Shown: positions 11,294 through 20,148 of the stretch, one piece after another | Numbering within the stretch: the stretch's first letter is position 1 | Layout of the letters: every line of letters starts with the position of its first letter | Assembly: GCA_013112535.1 (NCBI GenBank) | Contig: JABFGI010000001.1 | Location: forward strand, 306,414-370,413 | Reading direction: 5' to 3' | Source of the DNA: Pseudomonadota bacterium | Lineage (GTDB): Bacteria; Pseudomonadota; Gammaproteobacteria; Eutrophobiales; Eutrophobiaceae | Length of the DNA: 64,000 bases | Notes under the pieces: model-generated | Told to the model about the DNA's origin: nothing | What the model saw: the letters and a program-made list of their open reading frames with translations, nothing else | The model's database searches: none | Made by a program: the position numbers and the translations under genes

Positions 11294-12049
11294 ATGACTC
11301 GCCTAAAAGATAAAATCGCCGTAATTACCGGTGCCAGCAGTGGTATAGGTAGAGGAGTAGCTGAAGCATTTGCCAGGGAAGGAGCCGATATCGTCGTCAA
11401 TTACCTCAAGTCGAAAGAAAAAGCTGAAAGGCTTGTTGAAGAAATAAAGCAATCAGGCAGACGTGCTATCGCTATTCAAGCCGATCTGGGTAATGAAGAT
11501 GATATTGAACGATTAATTTCTCAAACCAGAGAAGAATATGGCCGTATTGATATCTGGGTAAATAACGCAGGTGCTGACATTCTTACGGGTACTGGTGCGG
11601 CGGCTGAAATTCATGAAAAACTCGAACATCTTATTGAAGTTGATCTAAGAGGAACCATTAAAGCCTGTTGGTCCATTTCTCAAACCATGCAGGAGCAGGG
11701 ACAGGGAGTAATTGTAAATATGGGATGGGATTTATCAACACATGGCTTTGAAGGCAACAATCCACAAATCTTTGCTGCAACTAAAGCAGGTATTTTGGGA
11801 TTTACGCGTTCTTTCGCAAAATCAGTTGGCCCGGAAATTCGTGTGAATATGGTTTCTCCCGGCTGGATTAGTACCGCTTTTGCCGAAGAACACATGGATG
11901 ATGACTATTTTCAGGCGCGGATAAATGAAATTCCGCTGGGTCGTTTTGGCCGACCAGAGGATGTCGCTGCTGCAGTTGTGTTTTTAGCTTCCGATGATTC
12001 TTCTTATTTAACAGGCGAAGCGATTAAGGTTAATGGTGGTTTAGTTTAA
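11294..12049 (+). CDS. SDR-family oxidoreductase (FabG-like)
   Basis: TGASSGIG Rossmann motif, NNAG, catalytic Y/K region. Confidence 0.8.
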   Translation: MTRLKDKIAVITGASSGIGRGVAEAFAREGADIVVNYLKSKEKAERLVEEIKQSGRRAIAIQADLGNEDDIERLISQTREEYGRIDIWVNNAGADILTGTGAAAEIHEKLEHLIEVDLRGTIKACWSISQTMQEQGQGVIVNMGWDLSTHGFEGNNPQIFAATKAGILGFTRSFAKSVGPEIRVNMVSPGWISTAFAEEHMDDDYFQARINEIPLGRFGRPEDVAAAVVFLASDDSSYLTGEAIKVNGGLV

Positions 12050-12064
12050 ACAGGTTGATAAATA

Positions 12065-12451
12065 ATGTCTGAAGAATCCAAAAAGAAAGGATTAAATGTT
12101 CGTACTGAAGTAATGGGCGAAGAGTTTGTTCAACGAGCAATAAATAATACGACTGAATTAACGGGGCCATTGCAAGACTGGATTAATGAACATGCATGGG
12201 GTTCTACCTGGCAACGCGAAGGTATTTCAAAACAAACGCGTTCTTTAGTCACCATTGCGATGTTAGCTGCATTAAAAACGCCTACTGAATTAAAAGGTCA
12301 TGTGCGTGGTGCGTTAAATAATGGCTGTACCATTCAGGAAATACAGGAAGTGTTATTGCATTCGATTGTTTACTGTGGTGCCCCGGCAGCTCAAGAGGCT
12401 TTTCGAGCAGCACAGGAAGTGATTGATGTGTGGCAAGCTAATAATGAATAA
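12065..12451 (+). CDS. Carboxymuconolactone decarboxylase (CMD) family protein
   Basis: 128 aa, CMD/AhpD-like helical core (HSIVYCGAPAA). Confidence 0.7.
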   Translation: MSEESKKKGLNVRTEVMGEEFVQRAINNTTELTGPLQDWINEHAWGSTWQREGISKQTRSLVTIAMLAALKTPTELKGHVRGALNNGCTIQEIQEVLLHSIVYCGAPAAQEAFRAAQEVIDVWQANNE

Positions 12452-12501
12452 GATTATAGTGTTTGCTTTTGATCAGAAACATCTTGAACTATAAGTTCAA
12501 C

Positions 12502-15171
12502 TTAAAGCTCAAGGGAAAAATATATTATGTTAGATTCAGGCTCTAGTTGTGTCTCAAAATGAAACTTTCTGACCAAACGAAGCATTGCATGATTTTCTGG
12601 TAAAAGCTGACCTGTTAATCGCTTTGTTCCTCGCTTACGACAATAGCTTATAAGCTTTTCCATTAACTTCTTGCCAAGACCATTTTTATGTATATCACTA
12701 CGTATAATGATGGCTATTTCTGCTTCATTGTTATCTGAATCAGAAATTGCTCTAATGACACCTAAAGTCTCCAGCTTATGATCAGTCGTCTTTGCAATAA
12801 AGGCCATTTCGCGGTCGTAATCAATTTGCGTGAATCGCGCCAGGAATTGATGTGAGAAATTATTTGCAGCCTTGAAGAATCGAAAATAAATATCTTGTGG
12901 ATCAGTTTTACTCAGAAATTCGTGATGCGCTGATTCATCTTCAGGTCTTATTGGACGTAATACGACTTCTTGTCCGTTATTCAGAATTATTCTTTCTTCC
13001 AGTTCTTTAGGGTAAGGGCGTATAACCAGTCTTTCTGAACCCGTTAAATTTGTAGCTTTAATTTTAATTCTGGCATCCAGCGCAACGACGCCTTTACTGT
13101 CTGCAAATAATGGATTGATATCAAGTTCAATTATTTCAGGATTATCAATAATCAATTGAGATATTTTTACAAGCGTAAGTTTGACTTCTTCCAGATTTGC
13201 AGCAGGAATACCTCTATAACCAGAAAGAAGTTTGCTGATTCGGGTACGCGAAATAAGGTCTTCTGCCAACTTAATGTTTATTGGTGGAAGTGCCACTGCC
13301 TTGTCATTGATTACTTCAACGGATACGCCTCCATGTCCGAACAATATTGCCGGGCCAAAGATTGGATCAGTTGCAACGCCAATAATCAATTCGTAGGAAT
13401 CGCCACGGGCGACCATTTTTTGTACAGTAAAACCGTCAATATTTGCAGCAGGTAGTAATTTTTTAATACGTGCCAGCATTCCTTCAGCAGCCAATTGCAA
13501 GGTTTGCCCGGAATCTATTCCAACTAAAACGCCTCCAACATCAGATTTATGTGTGATGTCGGAAGATAATATTTTCAGTACTACAGGGTATCCTAAGTCG
13601 TCAGCAGCGTTTAACGCGTCATCGACATTATATGCAATTTTTGTTTCAACAATGGGTATTCCATATGCCGCTAATATATTTTTAGCCTCAGGTTCAGTGA
13701 GAACATTACGTTTGTCTTGCAAGACGCTTTTAATTATTTTCTGCGTGCTAGCTTTTGCCTGGCCTTGATCAAAACCTTCAGTGATGGATGGTGGTGTTTC
13801 CATTAAGCTTTCTTTATTGCATCCATACTCCACAATTTGCATGAAAGCCTGTATTGCTGAATAAGGAGTATCGAAGGAAGGAATCCCTTCTTGTTCGAAA
13901 ATTTCCCTGGCCTCCGCGACACCATCCTCTCCCATCCAACAAGTCAGTATCGGCTTCTTTGTTTGATTTATTTCATTTGCAACAGCGATAGCCACTTCTT
14001 TGTTATTAATAACAGCAACAGGTACTAGCATTACCAGAATCGCATCATGATTTGGATCTTTGATCAAAACTTTCAATGCATTGAGATAACGGTCGGCGTC
14101 TCCATCACCAATAATGTCGACAGGGTTTGCTTTCGACCAGGTAGGAGGTAGAAACGTATTTAGCTCTTCAATAGTTTCAGGTGATAGTTCAGCGATTCTT
14201 CCGCCACTAGTAATCAAGTGATCCGTTGCCAATACACCCGGGCCACCACCATTGGTTAAAATTGTCAAACGATTACCTTTTATCGGACGTGCGCGGGCGA
14301 GGGTTTCTACAGCATCAAATATGTTATTTATTGTATAAACTCTAAGCATCCCTGCACGTCGAATAGCTGCATCAAAGACATCATCACTTCCACTTAATGC
14401 ACCAGTATGAGAAGTAGCAGCCTTTGCTCCTTCAGCCACTCGGCCAGATTTAATTACAATGACCGGTAAGTTACGGGATGTAGCTCGTGCAGCAGACATA
14501 AACTTACGTGCCAGTTTGACTGATTCCATATATAGCACTACACCATGAGTTGACTGGTCACTTCCTAAATAATCAAGCAGGTCTCCAAAATCGATGTCTG
14601 CATTATCACCCAGAGAAATAAAGTAAGAGAAACCAATACCTTTTGATTTTGCCCAATCAAGTATTGTTGTGCATAGCGCGCCCGATTGAGAGACAAAAGC
14701 AAGGTTTCCTTTTAATGAATTAGTATGAGCAAAACTGGCATTAAGACCGATTGAAGGTATTAATAAGCCAACACAATTAGGTCCGAGTATGCGTAAGTCA
14801 TATGGTTTTGCAGCATCTAACATACGCTGTTGAAGTGATTCTCCATCTATTGACTCATGAAATCCCGCACTTAACACAACTGCAGCACGCGTGCCGCGTT
14901 CACCTAATTCTTTAATCAAATCAGGTATTGTTATTGCCGGTGTACAAATTACTGCAAGATCCGGTACAACAGGCAATGACTTTATGTCCTGATAGGCCAG
15001 TACGCCATTAACAAACTTATATTTTGGATTGACTGGCAGAATAGGACCTGAAAATCCACCGGAGATCAGGTTTTTCATCACAACATTGCCTAATGAGCCG
15101 GGTTTTTCTGACGCACCTATCAGCGCTACCGACTCAGGCTTAAATAATTTCTTTAAATTTAGTACACTCAT
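12502..15171 (-). CDS. Pat/PatZ-type protein lysine acetyltransferase (NDP-forming acyl-CoA synthetase-like domains plus C-terminal GNAT)
   Basis: 889 aa. N-terminal CoA-binding and succinyl-CoA-synthetase-like domains, ATP-grasp, C-terminal GNAT (HKNGLGKKLM). Confidence 0.8.
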   Translation of the reverse strand: MSVLNLKKLFKPESVALIGASEKPGSLGNVVMKNLISGGFSGPILPVNPKYKFVNGVLAYQDIKSLPVVPDLAVICTPAITIPDLIKELGERGTRAAVVLSAGFHESIDGESLQQRMLDAAKPYDLRILGPNCVGLLIPSIGLNASFAHTNSLKGNLAFVSQSGALCTTILDWAKSKGIGFSYFISLGDNADIDFGDLLDYLGSDQSTHGVVLYMESVKLARKFMSAARATSRNLPVIVIKSGRVAEGAKAATSHTGALSGSDDVFDAAIRRAGMLRVYTINNIFDAVETLARARPIKGNRLTILTNGGGPGVLATDHLITSGGRIAELSPETIEELNTFLPPTWSKANPVDIIGDGDADRYLNALKVLIKDPNHDAILVMLVPVAVINNKEVAIAVANEINQTKKPILTCWMGEDGVAEAREIFEQEGIPSFDTPYSAIQAFMQIVEYGCNKESLMETPPSITEGFDQGQAKASTQKIIKSVLQDKRNVLTEPEAKNILAAYGIPIVETKIAYNVDDALNAADDLGYPVVLKILSSDITHKSDVGGVLVGIDSGQTLQLAAEGMLARIKKLLPAANIDGFTVQKMVARGDSYELIIGVATDPIFGPAILFGHGGVSVEVINDKAVALPPINIKLAEDLISRTRISKLLSGYRGIPAANLEEVKLTLVKISQLIIDNPEIIELDINPLFADSKGVVALDARIKIKATNLTGSERLVIRPYPKELEERIILNNGQEVVLRPIRPEDESAHHEFLSKTDPQDIYFRFFKAANNFSHQFLARFTQIDYDREMAFIAKTTDHKLETLGVIRAISDSDNNEAEIAIIIRSDIHKNGLGKKLMEKLISYCRKRGTKRLTGQLLPENHAMLRLVRKFHFETQLEPESNIIYFSLEL

Positions 15172-15506
15172 TAATTTATTAAAAACCTTAACTATAACAG
15201 TTAGTTATGGAACAAAATTTACGCTAATTGACGTAATTTAATAACTTTTACAGTAGCATGAAATGCTGCAATGCACAATTTTTATAATGTGATATGATTC
15301 AATTATTTAGGTGAAGTTTCGTCATAAAAATGCAGAAAAATAAGAATTTGTTTCCTGACAAACAAATGACAACGAAATGCTTAAATAAAAATAAACTGTT
15401 TATGTTACAAATAGGTTGCTGTGCGTTGATATTTCAATAAATTATTTTAGATTTAGTATTTAGAATTCAAAACCATTATAGAAACTGAGTATCCTGATAA
15501 CTATTT

Positions 15507-16424
15507 ATGACCATTGCTTTCATAACTCATCACGATTGTCTCTATCATGAAATTGATGAGGAACATCCAGAAGCTTCAGCTCGATTAGATGCAATTAATG
15601 ATCAAATCATTGCTTCTGGAATCGATATTGCGTTGGAATACGTTGAACCACCACTCGCAACGAATGAACAGTTAACACGTGTTCACGATAAAAATTATAT
15701 CGAATCAATTTTCCGCCAGGCTCCTGAAACAGGTCGTGTTGATCTGGATTCAGATACGTCAATGAATCCGCATTCTTTAAATGCCGCCTTAAGATCTGCA
15801 GGAGCAGTAATCGAAGCTGTAGATTCAATACAAAGTGGAAAGATGTCCCGTGCATTTTGTTGTGTACGTCCACCGGGGCATCACGCAGAAAAATCAAATG
15901 CAATGGGTTTTTGCATTTTTAATAATGTAGCCGTCGGTGCTGCCCATGCCCTTGAGTCTTATGGAATGCAACGCGTTGCTATCGTCGACTTTGATGTTCA
16001 TCATGGTAATGGCACAGAAGATATATTTCAGGAAGAATCCCGAATTCTTTTTTGTTCAAGTTTTCAGCACCCATTCTATCCGTTTACTGATTTAGAAAAC
16101 CATGCAGAAAACATTATTAAAATACCACTCGATGCCGGATCCAAAGGGGCAGAGTTCAGACAGAATATGGAACAATTTTGTTTACCGCAGTTAGAAAAAT
16201 TTAAACCTGAATTAATATTTATTTCAGCCGGCTTCGATGCACACAGAGAAGATGATATGTCTCATGTTAGTCTGGTTGAAGAAGATTATATCTGGATTAC
16301 GAGTAAACTTGCGGAAGTCGCCAACAAATACGCACAAGGTAAAATTATATCTGTTCTGGAAGGCGGATATTCACTATCAGCACTGGGTCGTAGTGTCGTT
16401 GCACACATTAAAGCGATGCTTTAA
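15507..16424 (+). CDS. Histone deacetylase-family (AcuC/HDAC-like) Zn-dependent deacetylase
   Basis: RPPGHHA, DFDVHHGNGT and SLEGGY motifs of the arginase/deacetylase fold. Confidence 0.8.
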   Translation: MTIAFITHHDCLYHEIDEEHPEASARLDAINDQIIASGIDIALEYVEPPLATNEQLTRVHDKNYIESIFRQAPETGRVDLDSDTSMNPHSLNAALRSAGAVIEAVDSIQSGKMSRAFCCVRPPGHHAEKSNAMGFCIFNNVAVGAAHALESYGMQRVAIVDFDVHHGNGTEDIFQEESRILFCSSFQHPFYPFTDLENHAENIIKIPLDAGSKGAEFRQNMEQFCLPQLEKFKPELIFISAGFDAHREDDMSHVSLVEEDYIWITSKLAEVANKYAQGKIISVLEGGYSLSALGRSVVAHIKAML

Positions 16425-17133
16425 TGTGTAAAAGCTAATGAGTGATAAAAAGGATAAAAATTTCCACTAACGCACGTGTTCCAGCGACCAATTGAATCGG
16501 CACCCCAAAGTAGACATTCCATTCTTTCAGTAACAACAGTAATAAAATAAAAAAAGTAGACATTAAAAATTATCGAAAGGAGATTTAACACCATGGCCCC
16601 TTTGTTAAAGAATAAAACGACAAATCCATTGAACGTACGCTTGTTCAGCTTTTCTTGAATAATGTAGAAAACGAATCTTTTGTCTGACTTCGACTACATG
16701 GATATAGTCGGTAGAGCGACGCAGAAGCCAAAGCCGAGGTCGAGTAATTTCGGTGGTTTGTTTGCTTCCATGCTCTCTCTCCCTGGGATAACTCATTTTT
16801 AACTGTCCACTAAATGATATTTACCTGATCTCATAAGTGATTGAAATAAATTATATTTAACACAGTTTTTAATAACGTGTTTATTTACGGCAACAACCTC
16901 AAAACAGGTAATAAAAACAGCAATCTGGACACTATTGATAAGTAAGGGCTATACTCATTTTCAAGCCTATCACATTGAAACAAGGAGGTTTTTCATGAAG
17001 TCCGCTTTTAGAATATGTAATACATTATCAGACAAAGTGTCCTATAACCCCTAGTTAATGTCTGCTTTCAGGACTTATAAATTTATTAATTGCTCTATCC
17101 GCTACTGGCTGAAAACTGACAATATCGTTACAA

Positions 17134-18300
17134 TTATTTTTCCTGTTCGGGCATTCTTTTTAAAACAATTAATAAAATAATACCAATAAGCATAATTGCG
17201 GTTGCTAAAGCTAATGCAATTGAATATCGCCCGGTTGCTTCTGCAATATAACCTGATATGACCGGAGCTATAATTTGGGCGATGGCATAGAATACTGATA
17301 TTCTTCCCATTGGTTTAGCAGGTTTTGTTGGATATAACTTACCAACAAGTGACAACATCATACTCACGATACCCATCATACTACCACCATAAATCAGGGC
17401 ACTGATGACTAGCATATAAAGCGGCACATTAAACGCAAGTATAAAGATACTAATCGTCATTAATACATAGGCCATCAGCAAAGCATTAATCTCACCGCGA
17501 CGTTCAGCAATTTTATCCCACATGACACAGGAAGGAATCGTGGTGATTCCAACCAGTAACCATGCCCAGTTACCATAACCTTGTAATGCGGGTTGATTGT
17601 TAGCAATGACGACTAAAAAAGTGGCATAGACAACATAACCAATGCCAACACAAAAATAACTATAAGAAAGAAACCGCAACCATTGCTTTGAAGGTGGTTT
17701 ATCGATGAGTTGTTCGCCTGTCTTTGTTATGTTGTGACCGTCAGGACGAGGCAGCCAGAACCAGGCAGGTAAGACCAGAATAAAACCAAGTAGTGCAAAC
17801 ATTTCCCACTGCTCGATCCAGTTAAATCCCGGTAGCATTAGTTCAACAGCAAGTGCTGAAACTGCAATACCTAAGCCGACACCACCAAAGTGCACGCCCA
17901 TATTCATTTTATAACCATGACGAATGAGCCAGTTAAGTATTAAGCCTGAACCGAGTAATAAACCGCCAGCAGAAGTTAATCCAGACAAATAGCGCAAGAT
18001 TGCCCAAACGATCCAGTTTTCTGTCCACGCCATGGCGATAGTAGTGATAACAGCGATGAGTAAAGAAAGACGGTAAAGCGTGTCTTTAAGTTTTAAATCG
18101 CTGATCGATGCAGCGATTAATGTGCCGGTTAGATAACCCATATAGTTAAATGTGGCCAACCAACCACCAATTGCATCATTTAAAACATGTGCATCCTGCA
18201 TGACCTGAAGTAAGGGAGTATAGGCAAAGCGGGCTATCCCCATAGTAAGAATAAGGCTGCTAATGCCCGCTATAAAAACTTTGGTATTTGTTTTTAGCAT
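17134..18300 (-). CDS. MFS transporter
   Basis: 388 aa, about 12 TM segments, MFS-like loop motifs. Confidence 0.7.
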   Translation of the reverse strand: MLKTNTKVFIAGISSLILTMGIARFAYTPLLQVMQDAHVLNDAIGGWLATFNYMGYLTGTLIAASISDLKLKDTLYRLSLLIAVITTIAMAWTENWIVWAILRYLSGLTSAGGLLLGSGLILNWLIRHGYKMNMGVHFGGVGLGIAVSALAVELMLPGFNWIEQWEMFALLGFILVLPAWFWLPRPDGHNITKTGEQLIDKPPSKQWLRFLSYSYFCVGIGYVVYATFLVVIANNQPALQGYGNWAWLLVGITTIPSCVMWDKIAERRGEINALLMAYVLMTISIFILAFNVPLYMLVISALIYGGSMMGIVSMMLSLVGKLYPTKPAKPMGRISVFYAIAQIIAPVISGYIAEATGRYSIALALATAIMLIGIILLIVLKRMPEQEK

Positions 18301-18389
18301 TAAATAAGAAACGAAGTGATTGCTAGATAATTAAATATTTTTTTATCTTTATTTTTAATTACTACTATGGATATCAAATTAAGTCAGGA

Positions 18390-18905
18390 TTAATAGTGAA
18401 TTAAAGAATGTATTTTATGTTTTGAAAGTTTTTCTCTGCCGTTAAGAAAATCCAGCTCTACAACGAACGCACAAGCGACAACTTCTGCGCCTAACTTTTC
18501 TACTAATTCGCAACTTGCAGCAGCGGTTCCACCGGTGGCTAATAAATCGTCTATCAATAACACTTTATCGCCTTGTTCCAATGCATCAATGTGGACTTCT
18601 AAAGATGCAGAACCGTATTCCAGGTTATATGACATCGACTCTACGTCGTAAGGTAATTTGCCTGGTTTACGTAATGGAATAAAGCCAATACCCAGTTCCC
18701 ATGCAGCTAAACTACCAAAGATAAAACCACGCGCTTCCATACCTGCTATAGCAGTAATTTCCTGTCCTAAAAAAGGGTGGATTAACTGATGTACGGCCAG
18801 TTTCAACATTGCTGGTGTTTTAACTAATGGTGTAATATCTTTGAACTGTATCCCTGGTTCAGGGAAGTCAGGAATATTTCGAATATAGGCTTCTAGGCGT
18901 TGCAT
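18390..18905 (-). CDS. apt: Adenine phosphoribosyltransferase
   Basis: PRPP-binding motif VLLIDDLLATGGT; typical Apt length. Confidence 0.9.
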   Translation of the reverse strand: MQRLEAYIRNIPDFPEPGIQFKDITPLVKTPAMLKLAVHQLIHPFLGQEITAIAGMEARGFIFGSLAAWELGIGFIPLRKPGKLPYDVESMSYNLEYGSASLEVHIDALEQGDKVLLIDDLLATGGTAAASCELVEKLGAEVVACAFVVELDFLNGREKLSKHKIHSLIHY

Positions 18906-18971
18906 GCGTGTCTCCGTTAATTTTTTCTCTATAATAGCGACTTGTTAATAAATAAGGAATCTTGTGCCTGT

Positions 18972-19640
18972 ATGAAGTCGTTTGAATTAATTTATGAGTC
19001 TGCTGTTGATCGATGTGGTGGAGTTGAATCTGTAAAAGATGTATTGCCGATACCACGTACAATCAAAGAGCTTAAAAAACTGACAGATGCCTTTTGTTTG
19101 TCGAATATGACGTGTCGTATTTTTCAAGCAGGACTAAACCGAAAGATTATTGATGATAAATGGCCTGCATTCGAGCAAGTCTTTCAGCAATTTGATATTG
19201 ATGCGGTACGTATGATGAGCAATGAGCAACTGGAAGCATTAATGGATGAAAAGCGCATTGTTCGACATTGGGGCAAGATTCAGAGTGTCCGACATAATGC
19301 GCAAACGATTTATGAGTTTAACGAAGAGCAGGGCGGTTTTGTCAAGACGATTGCGGAATGGCCATCAGATAATATTGTTGCGCTTTGGGATGTATTAAAA
19401 AAACAGTTTAAGCAACTAGGCGGCGCTTCAGGCCCCTATTTTTTACGTCGTGTCAAAAAAGATTCTTTTTTATTAACTGGTGACGTGACTAAAGCGTTAT
19501 TTCGTTGGGGTGCAATAGATGAAACACCAAAAAATAAAAAACAATTACAATATGTTCAAAATTGCATGAATGAATGGCAAGCGGAAAGTGACAGACCTTA
19601 TTGCCAGATCAGTATGATTTTAGCACTGTCGGTAGATTAA
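18972..19640 (+). CDS. DNA-3-methyladenine glycosylase I (Tag, Adenine_glyco) family protein
   Basis: Central region (QAGL..., RHWGKIQSVRHNA) parallels the Tag core; N-terminus is divergent. Start moved to the internal ATG. Confidence 0.55.
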   Translation: MKSFELIYESAVDRCGGVESVKDVLPIPRTIKELKKLTDAFCLSNMTCRIFQAGLNRKIIDDKWPAFEQVFQQFDIDAVRMMSNEQLEALMDEKRIVRHWGKIQSVRHNAQTIYEFNEEQGGFVKTIAEWPSDNIVALWDVLKKQFKQLGGASGPYFLRRVKKDSFLLTGDVTKALFRWGAIDETPKNKKQLQYVQNCMNEWQAESDRPYCQISMILALSVD

Positions 19641-19653
19641 GGACTCTTGTTTA

Positions 19654-20148
19654 ATGGGACGTTGGCGACCACCTGCACCAAAATCTGCACCCTATATCAC
19701 GGCTGAAGGTTATAAAAAGCTGGAACAGGAAACTGCAGATCTCTGGAGTAAACGTAACGAAGTCGCTAAAGCAGTTACAGCCGCTGCTGCGGAAGGTGAC
19801 CGATCAGAAAATGCGGAATATATTTATCGTAAGAAACAATTACGCGAAATTGATTCAAGGTTAGGTTACCTGCAACGGCGCATGCCAAAACTAACCATCG
19901 TTAGAGAAGTGCAGGATAAAACGCGTGTTTTCTTTGGTGCGTGGATAACGATAGAAGATGAAGAAGGCAATGAAAAACGACATCGTATTGTCGGTGCCGA
20001 TGAGTTTGACGACCATGAACAATACATCACTGTTGATTCGCCTTTAGCCAAATTGTTACTCGGTAAAACGATTGATGATGAAGTAATCTTTGAAAGAATG
20101 GGTGTAGAGCAGATGTTGTATGTTATTAGAATAGAGTATGACGATTAG
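19654..20148 (+). CDS. greB: Transcription elongation factor GreB
   Basis: ITAEGYKKL...GDRSENAEYIYRKKQLREID matches the GreA/GreB N-terminal coiled coil; basic patch as in GreB. Confidence 0.8.
   Translation: MGRWRPPAPKSAPYITAEGYKKLEQETADLWSKRNEVAKAVTAAAAEGDRSENAEYIYRKKQLREIDSRLGYLQRRMPKLTIVREVQDKTRVFFGAWITIEDEEGNEKRHRIVGADEFDDHEQYITVDSPLAKLLLGKTIDDEVIFERMGVEQMLYVIRIEYDD

Noticed and set aside
16605-16796. Considered calling this 63-aa ORF a transposase or IS fragment
   Set aside because: No recognisable transposase motifs and no terminal inverted repeats identified. Kept only as an unexplained-region finding.
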